A stretch of DNA of 64,000 nt, from positions 61,899 to 125,898 of the forward strand of contig JAEWWU010000018.1 of assembly GCA_023396255.1 (NCBI GenBank), read 5' to 3'. The stretch is from Bacteroidota bacterium. GTDB lineage: Bacteria > Bacteroidota > Bacteroidia > Bacteroidales > Porphyromonadaceae. The notes under the pieces are model-generated. The model was not told where the DNA came from and ran no database searches. It saw nothing but the letters and a program-made list of their open reading frames with translations. The position numbers and the translations under genes were made by a program. This document shows positions 49,101 to 58,749 of the stretch, piece by piece; the first letter of the stretch is position 1; each line of letters opens with the position of its first letter.

Positions 49101-49430
49101 TTCGATTGGTAGATTAAGTTTTATATAACCACGCTAAGAAATCCCTAAGCTTAGCGGGGGCGAAGATAATTCTATTCTACTCCCTGTCTCTCCATTTAAG
49201 TTAGCTTAACTCAAATGAGATCGATAAGAAACTTTATTTAAGCCACAGATAAATGTTATACACTAAAAGGAGGTACTTATAAAGGCAAACATATATGGTC
49301 ACAGGAATCCATTCCTTGCAAAACAATCAAATAGGAAAAAGGAGAAAACGGTTTGCCCTCCTCAAGTTTTCCGTTATGAGAATTGCTCAAGAAGCAGAAC
49401 TTTAGGCTCCCATTTTTGAAGACAAGCGAA

Positions 49431-49438
49431 TAACTTTG
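49431..49438 (+). promoter_or_regulatory. -7 promoter box TAACTTTG
   Basis: Perfect TAnnTTTG, 101 nt upstream of the ATG at 49539. Confidence 0.4.
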
Positions 49439-49538
49439 CCACGAATGTCGCAGAATGATACAACAAGACGCCCTACTTTTGCGTTATAAGAAAGGAAGAA
49501 ATCAATATCGTATTTGTCAAACCTCAAAACAAAAAATT

Positions 49539-50915
49539 ATGAAGCACTTTAGCTATCGGATGATACTCCCAATCCTTCTAATTCTTTCGGGACTTGTCTT
49601 TTCTTGCCGCCCCAAGGAACAAGAACCTAAAAATGCGACTCTCTCAATGACTTCTCTTAGTTTAGGGATAGGAGAAAAGAAAACAATTAGTGTAACAGGA
49701 ATCAGCGAAAAAGATCGGGTCAATTGGTCAATTGATAAACCCGAAGTTGCCTCCATTGACAATGGAGTTGTAACGGCAAAAGCACTCGGTCAAGCCTTGA
49801 TTACGGCCTCCATAGAGTATTCCGGAGGCAAAAACCAGAAATTAACTTGTCAGCTTACCGTACTTGCGGGGAAAGATACACATATACAATTTGAAGATGC
49901 CAATCTAAAACGCCTTATCTTGGAGCGGTATCCGCTTATAGACCTTAATAAAGACGGAGAGCTGACCCCGGAAGAGGCAAAAGGAGCAAGATCTCTTATG
50001 TTCGAGTTTGAATCGAAAGACGATATTACTTCCAACAACAAAATAACCAATTTGAAAGGATTGGAGTATTTTATCAATTTGGACTCTTTGGGGCTCAAAA
50101 ATCAATATGTCTCCGATGCTACACCCATCTTTGGACTAAAAAGACTAACCTACCTGCATTTGGGGAACAATAACATCGCGATGCTTGATGTTTCGGGGAT
50201 GAAACAGCTATCCGACTTACGAGCCTATGGCAACAGTCGCCTCAAAGAACTCAACCTAAGTAATAACACAGAGCTCCGAGAACTATACCTCCAAAATGTT
50301 TCCATCACCCGTATCGATCTAACTCCTCTCAAGAAACTAACCAAGGCACTTCTGAACAGAGGAAAATTGGAACAGATTGCTTTCTCCGATCTTCCTGTTT
50401 TGGAGCGCATAGACATTGTTGAGAACAACCTCAAAGGACTAACGGCAAACAATTTGCCAGCTTTGAGGGAGCTGCACGCCAACAAAAACCAGATTGAAAA
50501 AGTGGACCTAAAAAATCTACCGGAACTACAACGCCTCAACCTCTATGAAAATAAGCTGACACAGATTGACCTGACTGCTTTCCCAAAAATTATGTTCCTC
50601 TTCCTTTTCGACAACAACCTAAGTCAATTAGACCTCTCTAAACAAACTTCACTGTTGCATCTTTTTGTGTCCAATAATCCTTTGGAAACGTTGGATTTGA
50701 GCAAAAATTCTCACATATCCTCCATAGAAGCAATCAATATGCCCCGCCTCAAAACCATCAATCTGCGCAATCAAGGTTATAATGAGGAGGCCGAATACTT
50801 CATTGTCGAGGGCAACAATCTTTTAGAAAAAGTTTTGGTCGACAGCGGAGCGGAAGAGACCCACGTACGCAATCTATTCAAAAACAACTCTAAAGTGACC
50901 ATCGAAGCACAGTAA
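49539..50915 (+). CDS. Lipoprotein with Big_2 Ig-like domain and about 12 leucine-rich repeats
   Basis: MKHFSYRMILPILLILSGLVFSC lipobox. Big_2-like LSLGIGEKKTISVTG..VASIDNGVVTAKALGQALITA, then 22-residue LxxLxLxxNxLxxLD repeats. ATG at 49539 preferred. Confidence 0.8.
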   Translation: MKHFSYRMILPILLILSGLVFSCRPKEQEPKNATLSMTSLSLGIGEKKTISVTGISEKDRVNWSIDKPEVASIDNGVVTAKALGQALITASIEYSGGKNQKLTCQLTVLAGKDTHIQFEDANLKRLILERYPLIDLNKDGELTPEEAKGARSLMFEFESKDDITSNNKITNLKGLEYFINLDSLGLKNQYVSDATPIFGLKRLTYLHLGNNNIAMLDVSGMKQLSDLRAYGNSRLKELNLSNNTELRELYLQNVSITRIDLTPLKKLTKALLNRGKLEQIAFSDLPVLERIDIVENNLKGLTANNLPALRELHANKNQIEKVDLKNLPELQRLNLYENKLTQIDLTAFPKIMFLFLFDNNLSQLDLSKQTSLLHLFVSNNPLETLDLSKNSHISSIEAINMPRLKTINLRNQGYNEEAEYFIVEGNNLLEKVLVDSGAEETHVRNLFKNNSKVTIEAQ

Positions 50916-50942
50916 CAATTTTTGTGTTTCGTTCGAGAAACA

Positions 50943-50996
50943 GAGAGTAGAAGCCCCTTTCTCTTTCAAGGGGGACTTCTACTCTTTCTTTTTTCT
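50943..50996 (+). terminator. Rho-independent terminator
   Basis: Stem gagagtagaagcccc / ggggacttctactct followed by ttcttttttct. Confidence 0.7.
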
Positions 50997-51098
50997 GTGG
51001 GTTGCAATTCCTCTTTGAGGGAGTTTTTCCCACCCTCATTGCTTTTTTACGTACCTTTACGAGAGACAATAACGAAATCACAAAACTAAACTCACAGT

Positions 51099-52454
51099 AT
51101 GACCATTAAAGAATACATCAACGACAACGAGAAACGTTTTCTGGAAGAGCTGTTTCAATTGATTCGTATCCCCTCGATTAGTGCCAAAAGCGAACATAAA
51201 GAGGATATGCACAAAACGGCACAGGCGTGGAAAGAGCGATTGCTGCAAAGCGGTTGCACCCTTGCACAGATATACCCCACCGACGGTAACCCTGTTGTTT
51301 ATGCAGAGCGCATCATAGCCCCCGAGAAAAAGACCGTGCTCGTGTACGGGCACTACGATGTGATGCCCGCCGAGCCTCTCGAGCTGTGGCACCACGATCC
51401 GTTTGACCCGATCGTTAAAGACGGGCACATCTGGGCTCGAGGAGCAGACGACGACAAAGGACAGTCGATGATTCAAGTAAAAGGATTTGAAACCGCCATC
51501 CAATTGGGGTTGCTCGATTGTAATGTAAAATTCATCTTAGAAGGAGAAGAAGAGATTGGCTCCACCCATTTAGAAGCCTTTTGCCAAGAACACAAAGAGC
51601 AACTGCAAGCCGACATCATTTTGGTATCGGACACCAGTATGGTTAGCAGCAAAGTTCCCAGCCTCACAACCGGTTTACGAGGATTGGCTTATTGGGAAAT
51701 AGAGGTTACCGGTCCCAACAGAGACCTTCACTCCGGACACTTCGGAGGAGCCGTTGCCAACCCCATCAATGAACTGAGTAAGCTCATAGCCCGAGTGGTA
51801 GACGACAAAGGGCGCATTACCATTCCCGGGTTCTATGATGAGGTGGTACCTTTGTCTCAAGCCGAACGAGATATGATTGCCCAAGTACCTTTCTCCGAAG
51901 AAGAATATTGCAAAGCTCTAAACATAGATGCCGTGCAGGGCGAAGAGGGATACAACACCCTTGAGCGCAACAGTTGCAGACCGAGCTTTGATGTATGCGG
52001 TATCTATGGAGGATACACGGGTGAGGGGGCAAAAACCGTACTTCCTTCTAAGGCCTATGCCAAAGTTTCGTGCCGCTTGGTGGCGAACCAAGACCACGCC
52101 CGTATCTCCCAACTCTTTATAGACTACATCAAGAGTATTGCACCCAAATCAATCAAGGTAGATGTAAAACCCTTGCACGGAGGAGAAGCCTACCTCTGTC
52201 CGATTGATTTGCCCGCCTATCAAGCTGCCGAAAAGGCGGTCGAAAAAGCCTTTGGCATTCGTCCCTTGGCAGTAAGACGAGGAGGAAGTATTCCCATCAT
52301 AGCCACCTTTGAGCGGGTTTTGGGAATGAAAACGATTCTAATGGGATTTGGGTTGGAAAGCAATGCCATTCACTCCCCCAACGAAAACTTCTCTTTGGAT
52401 ATATTCCGAAAGGGAATAGAATCGGTGGCTGAGTTTTATAACCTCTTCAAATAA
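51099..52454 (+). CDS. M20-family dipeptidase
   Basis: 451 aa. YGHYDVMP, RGADDDKGQ and LEGEEEIGS are metal-ligand motifs of the M20 (ArgE/DapE/PepV-like) family. Confidence 0.8.
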   Translation: MTIKEYINDNEKRFLEELFQLIRIPSISAKSEHKEDMHKTAQAWKERLLQSGCTLAQIYPTDGNPVVYAERIIAPEKKTVLVYGHYDVMPAEPLELWHHDPFDPIVKDGHIWARGADDDKGQSMIQVKGFETAIQLGLLDCNVKFILEGEEEIGSTHLEAFCQEHKEQLQADIILVSDTSMVSSKVPSLTTGLRGLAYWEIEVTGPNRDLHSGHFGGAVANPINELSKLIARVVDDKGRITIPGFYDEVVPLSQAERDMIAQVPFSEEEYCKALNIDAVQGEEGYNTLERNSCRPSFDVCGIYGGYTGEGAKTVLPSKAYAKVSCRLVANQDHARISQLFIDYIKSIAPKSIKVDVKPLHGGEAYLCPIDLPAYQAAEKAVEKAFGIRPLAVRRGGSIPIIATFERVLGMKTILMGFGLESNAIHSPNENFSLDIFRKGIESVAEFYNLFK

Positions 52455-52477
52455 ATAAACCTCAACAAAGAATATTG

Positions 52478-53758
52478 ATGAACACCATCGTCATCAGAGG
52501 GGGGCTGATAGGGGGCATCGTACAAGACCTTCTTATAGAGGGAAACAAGATTGCTCATATCGGCCCTAACCTTGTTGTCGGTCAAGGGGCGCAAGAGATT
52601 GATGCCCGCAACAAAGCCGTAGTGCCGGGGATGGCCAACCTCCACACCCATTGTGCAATGACCCTCTTTAGAGGTTATGGAGACGATATGCCTCTGCAGC
52701 AATGGCTACAAGAATACATTTGGCCCGTAGAGGCTCATATGACTCACGAGGATATTTACCTTGGAGCTAAATTGGGCTGTTTGGAAATGATCAAAAGTGG
52801 GACCACTTGCTTTCTGGATATGTATACAGCACCCGAGGCCACGGCCCAAGCGGTGTTGGAAACGGGGTTGCGAGCCAATTTGAGTTATACGTTGTTTGAT
52901 CAGTGGAATCCACAACGGGCTCAATTGGATAGAGACAACTGTTACAAGTATTTGGATTTTTTTGATCAACTCCCCGAAAGAATCTCCTATTCGGTGGGGC
53001 CGCACGCCATTTACACCGTTAGCGAAGAACAGTTGGTTTTTGCCAACCAATTCGCTCAAGAGCACCATATACCGGTGCACCTGCATCTTTCCGAAACGCA
53101 ACAAGAGGTAGACGAGTGTGTGGCACGCTACGGCACCACTCCTGTCAGATGGCTTCAGAAGATAGGGGCTTTGTCTCCACACCATATTATGGCACATAGT
53201 CTTTACTTGGAAGAGGAAGAATTGGACATACTGGCCTCTAATGGTTGTGCCGTGGTGCACAATCCGGCTTCCAATATGAAACTCTCTTCCGGTGAGCAAT
53301 TCTTGTACGAAGAAATGTTGCAACGAGGTATTCGTGTGGGGGTCGGAACCGATGGAGCCTCATCGAGCAACAACTTGGATATGTACCAGGCTATGAGAAT
53401 GGCTGCCTTGTTGGGTAAAGTGTGGCGCAAAGATTCCACAGCCGTCTCAGCGAAGAATATCTACGACTCTGCCACTCGTGTGGGCTACCAAATGCTGGGC
53501 ATAGAGGGGGGAGTTATTGCTCCGGGGATGCTGGCGGATATTTGCTTGGTGAAACTGGACTGCCCCGAAATGACCCCTTGTCACAATCTCACTTCCAACT
53601 TGGTCTACTCCGCTTCCGGGAGCTCTGTAGTGGACACAACTATTGTGGACGGAAAAATTCTGATGCTCCACGGCGTTGTAGAGGGAGAACAACAGATTCG
53701 GGAACAAGCCGCCGAAGCTGCCTACCGACTCATTGAAAAATACGGCAATAAAAAGTGA
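52478..53758 (+). CDS. Amidohydrolase, MtaD/SAH-MTA deaminase-like
   Basis: NLHTHCAMTLFRGYGDDMPLQQWL, HLSE, and GTDGASSNN motifs in MtaD order. ATG at 52478 (the position at 52475 is TTG). Confidence 0.75.
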   Translation: MNTIVIRGGLIGGIVQDLLIEGNKIAHIGPNLVVGQGAQEIDARNKAVVPGMANLHTHCAMTLFRGYGDDMPLQQWLQEYIWPVEAHMTHEDIYLGAKLGCLEMIKSGTTCFLDMYTAPEATAQAVLETGLRANLSYTLFDQWNPQRAQLDRDNCYKYLDFFDQLPERISYSVGPHAIYTVSEEQLVFANQFAQEHHIPVHLHLSETQQEVDECVARYGTTPVRWLQKIGALSPHHIMAHSLYLEEEELDILASNGCAVVHNPASNMKLSSGEQFLYEEMLQRGIRVGVGTDGASSSNNLDMYQAMRMAALLGKVWRKDSTAVSAKNIYDSATRVGYQMLGIEGGVIAPGMLADICLVKLDCPEMTPCHNLTSNLVYSASGSSVVDTTIVDGKILMLHGVVEGEQQIREQAAEAAYRLIEKYGNKK

Positions 53759-53767
53759 TCAATTTCT

Positions 53768-54586
53768 ATGAAGCAATACCAAGAAGCAGCCGACTATATT
53801 CGGCAACAAATAGGAGATATTGTGCCCCATACGGCTATTGTTTTGGGAAGCGGATTGGGAGACTTGGTTCGCGTAATTCAAAACCCCATCACTATTCCCT
53901 ACGCTCAAATTCCTCATTTTGCACACTCCACGGCAATCGGCCACAAAGGCAACCTTATCGTCGGTACACTGGCAGAGGTGTCGGTGATTGCTATGCAAGG
54001 ACGCTTTCATTACTACGAGGGATATAGTATGGAGCAAGTAACATTTCCCATTAGGGTATTCAAACTGTTGGGAGTGCAAGTTCTGTTTGTTTCCAACGCT
54101 GCCGGGGGAATCAACAGCTCTTTTCGGGTAGGGGATCTTATGATTATCAGAGATCACATCAACAATCTACCCAATCCGCTCATAGGTCCCAACAATGATT
54201 ACTTCGGGGTTCGTTTTCCTGATATGACCCGTACCTATGACCGAGAGCTACGAGCCTCTGCTAAAAAGATAGCCCTCCTGGAGGGTATCGAACTGAAAGA
54301 GGGTGTCTATGTAGGGCTCACCGGACCGTCGTACGAAACCCCTGCCGAATATAAATTTTGGCAAACCGTGGGGGGAGATGCCATTGGGATGAGCACTATT
54401 CCCGAAGTAATTGTAGCCCGTCACGCCGGCTTGCGTGTTTTTGGGATGTCTGTCATCACCAACGAAGGATGGCACTTCGATGGGGATTATACCAATGACT
54501 CCGATGATGTAATCAGAGCTGCGCAAGCTGCCGGTCAAAAGATGGAATTGCTTTTTACCCGACTTATAGAGACCCTTCGCAGTTGA
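53768..54586 (+). CDS. Purine nucleoside phosphorylase (trimeric PNP/MTAP family)
   Basis: 272 aa. [24 protein letters not shown], and GMSTIPEV motifs. It lies 9 nt downstream of the deaminase gene. Confidence 0.85.
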   Translation: MKQYQEAADYIRQQIGDIVPHTAIVLGSGLGDLVRVIQNPITIPYAQIPHFAHSTAIGHKGNLIVGTLAEVSVIAMQGRFHYYEGYSMEQVTFPIRVFKLLGVQVLFVSNAAGGINSSFRVGDLMIIRDHINNLPNPLIGPNNDYFGVRFPDMTRTYDRELRASAKKIALLEGIELKEGVYVGLTGPSYETPAEYKFWQTVGGDAIGMSTIPEVIVARHAGLRVFGMSVITNEGWHFDGDYTNDSDDVIRAAQAAGQKMELLFTRLIETLRS

Positions 54587-54648
54587 CAGGTGTAATTGCG
54601 CTCATTTTACTCGGAACACCTGCTTGAGCTCCGCGCCCTGCCTTGGAG

Positions 54649-54731
54649 AAAAAACGAAACCTCCCGATGTAGATGACGAACTTACCCGACTTTTCGGGGA
54701 TCGCATCACCACCGAGAGGCTTCGTTTTTTT
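54649..54731. terminator. Candidate bidirectional terminator (long-range stem with inner hairpin)
   Basis: aaaacgaaacctc ... gaggcttcgtttt (one mismatch), flanked by an A-run and a T-run, between convergent genes. Confidence 0.4.
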
Positions 54732-54756
54732 ATTCTATCGTTATCCGATTATGGTT

Positions 54757-56661
54757 TTAGCGAACCACAACCTTTGAGGCAAAGCTACCGAAGTCGTTGT
54801 TTACACGCACTACATACACTCCATTGGGAAGTTGGTATGTGGTTGAGTTGGTGACGAAACGACCACTCATATCATACACCTCAAAGCTATTGATCAAACC
54901 TTGGATAGACACATAACCGTTGTTGATGAAAACACGAGGCATATCTTCCGTAGAGATGGTTGTTGTGGCAAGATCTTTTCCATAACCCACATTGGTAGAG
55001 AAAAATATCTCACGCTCGGCAGCTGTTTTGGTAGACTTGAGTTCTCTTCCCGCAAAGAGAACGACCTTCAAATTTTCCTTCTTCCAATTAGGTTTAATCT
55101 CCTTGGCAGGGAATGTTATGGTAAATTCTTTGCCATTCACAGTAGCTTTATCTCCAAATTCCGAAGAGAGGAATACACGAGCCACCCCTTGGTGTACATA
55201 TTTGCCCGTTGCTCCGGCTTGTTTTTGTGCATCGATGTTGTCCTCAGTTACAATAGCTGTGATGTAGAGGAAGTTGGGGTCCATACCCTCTACCAATGTA
55301 CCTTTGGCTGTTACAATGAGTCGGTCATTTTCCACCTTTTGTTCTACGGCTGTGAATTTCCCAAATTGGAGACTTTCGCCCACTTTGGCAAGAAGAGCAG
55401 TCTCGCTAATGCTTCTGCTTCCTGCAAGCGTGCCGTCCCCGCCAAACATCATACGATCTACACAGAAAGCAGGAGCAAACGATCCGTCAACAAAGTAATA
55501 GGGGAGAAGATTTTCTGACTTTTTCAATGTCAGGAAGTCTGTGTGGAAACCGGCGTGGTGCTGTACATAGCTCAGGGCATAGCCTTTTTCCTTAAGGGCT
55601 TTCATATATTGCTCGAAAACAATCTTTCCTGCGGGGCATTGACCGCAAGACTCTGTGGTGAAGTGTTCAAAGAGCAGAGTTTCTTTGAGAAAAGGACCAT
55701 TCTCCGGAAGAATAGTGTAGGGAACAACAAGAGGAGTATCTTTGGAAGTATGGTCTTTACCATTGATTTTGGGGAGGGCGAATGTGAGGTTACCCATTCC
55801 ATTCTCGGGGTAAGTAACTTCCACAGAAAGAGCGAGTGTTCTTCCGGGTTGGATCGTTGTATTCTTTTCACTTACAACGGCATTTGCATTAGGAAAAGCA
55901 TAGCTAATATCCGCTTTCTCAATGGCGTTGAGACCAATATTGCGTACCGTTATTGCTACATTTTTCTTTGTGTTTTCTTTTTCTTTGGTGCGTGCATCGC
56001 TCGCTACAATGAGTGCATAGTCGTTTAAGAGGTCCTTCTTGTCCTCTATGTCTGCAAAGATCATGAGGGAACCGAAGATCAGATTTTCGTCCACCAAGTT
56101 ACCGATGTTGGCAAGTGTTTGACCCTTTGCAACGTCTGCTTTGAGCTGGGCAAGGTAGTTGGCGGGGCGCAATGACTGCTTTCCGTCGAACGCCAAAACA
56201 TAGGCCTCACCCCCCACTTTAGCGTGGATTTGGTAACCTACATAATAACTTTTCCCGGCCTTAAAGGTGAAAGGAGTGGTAAGGGCAACTGTATTGTCTC
56301 CTTCTACGATGTCTGCACTTTGCACATAGAGTACTTTTTTGGTTGCTGCATCCATAACCACTATGGCTCCTTTCTCCTTTACATCTTTTCCGAATGTTCT
56401 AAAAGAGATTCCTTTCAGTACATTACCTCCCATCGGGGGGATTTCGATAAGCGCGAGCAGCGTAGATGCGGTGTGACCGTTACCGATGCCTTGAGCCTTG
56501 TCCGAATAGCGATCTGCATAACCGAAGCCTTTGAGCCCTACTGCTCTAAGGGACGATTGAGGTGCTCTGCTGTGCAAACTGCGCAACCCTTGAGCATTCA
56601 TACTAACCAAACCGGTAACCAACAGGGTTACCAAAAAGTGAAAAAATCTTTTTATTTTCAT
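54757..56661 (-). CDS. Omp28-related/thioredoxin-like surface protein with T9SS CTD
   Basis: Signal FFHFLVTLLVTGLVSMNAQG, an FEHFTTESCGQCPAG motif (as in Omp28-related proteins, from memory), and tail ..NGVYVVRVNNDFGSFASKVVVR. ATG at 56661. Confidence 0.65.
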   Translation of the reverse strand: MKIKRFFHFLVTLLVTGLVSMNAQGLRSLHSRAPQSSLRAVGLKGFGYADRYSDKAQGIGNGHTASTLLALIEIPPMGGNVLKGISFRTFGKDVKEKGAIVVMDAATKKVLYVQSADIVEGDNTVALTTPFTFKAGKSYYVGYQIHAKVGGEAYVLAFDGKQSLRPANYLAQLKADVAKGQTLANIGNLVDENLIFGSLMIFADIEDKKDLLNDYALIVASDARTKEKENTKKNVAITVRNIGLNAIEKADISYAFPNANAVVSEKNTTIQPGRTLALSVEVTYPENGMGNLTFALPKINGKDHTSKDTPLVVPYTILPENGPFLKETLLFEHFTTESCGQCPAGKIVFEQYMKALKEKGYALSYVQHHAGFHTDFLTLKKSENLLPYYFVDGSFAPAFCVDRMMFGGDGTLAGSRSISETALLAKVGESLQFGKFTAVEQKVENDRLIVTAKGTLVEGMDPNFLYITAIVTEDNIDAQKQAGATGKYVHQGVARVFLSSEFGDKATVNGKEFTITFPAKEIKPNWKKENLKVVLFAGRELKSTKTAAEREIFFSTNVGYGKDLATTTISTEDMPRVFINNGYVSIQGLINSFEVYDMSGRFVTNSTTYQLPNGVYVVRVNNDFGSFASKVVVR

Positions 56662-56984
56662 AAGAAACTGTTTTTTAATTCTGTAAATCATTGTTTTATC
56701 TCTTTACCCAAAGAGTACATCTCCTCTTTGCTTCTGCAAGGTGGGAATCCCGAACAAAAAATCCTCTTTTGGCTTATTATATATCTACGAGTATATAAAA
56801 GACTTCTCATAACGAATCTTTCTTTTTTGGGAAGTCAGCTTCCCTATGGTTTTCAAAAAAAGCTGAGTCTGTTGTGGAGATTGTCTATTCCCGAAGCCGC
56901 CAAGAGAGGAGAGGTTATTTTCCCTCCCTTTGTGGAGGGGAAATAAGAGTTTGACGATTATGTAAACCATAAAAATTAGCCAAA

Positions 56985-57947
56985 TCACAACCTATCGTAA
57001 TGTTTGAAGTAGAAGTCATCGGGATTTTTCCCCACATCGTTGTTAAGCATAATAGCGTGCAACACTCCGCAAATTCCGGGAGCTCGCCTATCGCGATTCA
57101 AGTCCCAGTGGGTCAGTCCTTCCGGCTCGTCGCCCAAACCATCAAACTGATACCTAAATCCCCTCTTTTGTTGAGAGTGAGCAATCCTGCGAATGTAGAA
57201 AGGGATACCGTTTGATAAGGTGTTAGGAACCTGAAAGACAGAAATGCCTCCTCTGTCATTGCACCATTTCTCCCTAACACCTGTGTAGTAGCCATTGTTC
57301 ACGTGCAAGTGGTTGTCCATATCGAAACAGCCCCCTTGCATATGTTCGAGCGAGAGCAACTCTCGCTTCTCGTTCATCGGCACAAGATAGGTCTTGAAAG
57401 AAAGGAAACCGATTTCCTCGCGACTTATTTTTGCAAAATCAATGTCATAAACAAAGAATGGAGAATAGTCAGACTTTACAAAACGGTCACTGACGTGCTT
57501 GTCAGAAGTGTACAGCCGGCCGTCCTTCGGATTGATGGCACACCACCCGATGGTTTTGAAAACTTTACCATCGGGACGCAGAAGCACCTGCTTGACAACA
57601 GGTCTAAGATTCCTTGCAGAAAAGACTTGAATGTACGGTGCACCGTCTCCCGTGACAGGAACAAACAGATACCCCCTGTGATAGTCTATATCGCCAAAGT
57701 GATAAGGGATGGTTTTGCCGCGGGGCTGTGGCAAGGTGCAACGCAATATGCCTTCTTCCAGATTCGCACAGGTAACCTTGTTGCCAAGACGATGCGTAAT
57801 TGGAAACTTCCACAAAACACCGATTTCTCGTCCCGGCACTCCGTTTTGAGTAAAAAACCAGTTATTGTCATCGTGGCACACACCATTGAGTTCGTGGCTC
57901 CAACCGTTCTCGCGATTTCTCGGATAATTCTTGATGTACTTGTACAT
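56985..57947 (-). CDS. Hypothetical protein with no signal peptide and no family recognised
   Basis: A 320-aa uninterrupted ORF with an ATG start and ordinary composition. W/H/G/D-rich repeated beta-like segments suggest a propeller-like fold, which is inference only. Confidence 0.55.
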   Translation of the reverse strand: MYKYIKNYPRNRENGWSHELNGVCHDDNNWFFTQNGVPGREIGVLWKFPITHRLGNKVTCANLEEGILRCTLPQPRGKTIPYHFGDIDYHRGYLFVPVTGDGAPYIQVFSARNLRPVVKQVLLRPDGKVFKTIGWCAINPKDGRLYTSDKHVSDRFVKSDYSPFFVYDIDFAKISREEIGFLSFKTYLVPMNEKRELLSLEHMQGGCFDMDNHLHVNNGYYTGVREKWCNDRGGISVFQVPNTLSNGIPFYIRRIAHSQQKRGFRYQFDGLGDEPEGLTHWDLNRDRRAPGICGVLHAIMLNNDVGKNPDDFYFKHYDRL

Positions 57948-58213
57948 AGCTTTTTCCTTTCTCTTGATGAGGTTAAATAATTATTTGGACTATACTTTTC
58001 TCTCAATACTACGATGTTCGAGGAATCAAATGAACCTAATTGTCTCGTGATTCCGAGGGGGGAGTTCCTTTGCCGCAACTTCGTCTTCGTTAGGAGAGAA
58101 GCCGCATACGATCTTCGGCAAACCGAGTGACTTCATCCAACTTGGACGGCTGCACTTGCGATTGCTTTTGGGATACCTCTGTCATAGCCGTTATTTTTTT
58201 GTTTCGTGTGCGG

Positions 58214-58221
58214 CAAAGTTA
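58214..58221 (-). promoter_or_regulatory. -7 promoter box (TAACTTTG on the minus strand)
   Basis: Perfect TAnnTTTG, 29 nt upstream of a 31-codon ORF (58090-58185) and 267 nt upstream of the 320-aa gene. Confidence 0.4.
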
Positions 58222-58262
58222 CGAGCCACACAAGTCCTGCTTACTGTTCTAATCGGACAAAA

Positions 58263-58314
58263 AACTGTTCTAAACTGACATTTTGCATTTATATCAACTG
58301 TTCTAAACTGACAT
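58263..58314. repeat. Two perfect 19-bp direct repeats AACTGTTCTAAACTGACAT spaced 33 bp, plus a partial copy CTGTTCTAA at 58244
   Basis: Read directly at 58263-58281 and 58296-58314, immediately upstream (minus-strand sense) of the -7 box at 58214. Confidence 0.85.
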
Positions 58315-58749
58315 ATTTCTTCCGCAACCAACTGATTATCAAAATGAATCGCAAACACCTCCTTCAAATTTCTCAAAATGATGTTTTGAGAACCAAAGGA
58401 GTCGAATTGTTACGTTATTCCGATTGGTAAAACCCTTCAAAGTGGAGACTAAATATTTTCCTAAGGATGGATTTTGTGAATAGGAAGAGTGAGAACCATC
58501 CGAAATAATTAATAAGTATTTTGGTACACTCAAAAGCTCTTGTATTTTTGCCAATAGAAAAAAATACATAAGAAGCACCCGCAACCTTGACGGAGAGAGG
58601 TATACTTCTCCCAAAAGAATTATCGACCACTATAAAAAGTACGTTGTATTACTCAACGATCTGCAATTGCCCTCAAACAGAGGGTATTTGTCATATTCGT
58701 GCTTGGGAAATGGAACAACGGCTAAAAAGCAACGAATACAACGAACCCT

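Noticed and set aside
58090-58185. 31-codon ORF upstream of the 320-aa gene, as a separate feature call.
   Set aside because: It is too short and has no recognisable similarity. It is kept only as part of a finding and not listed as a CDS.
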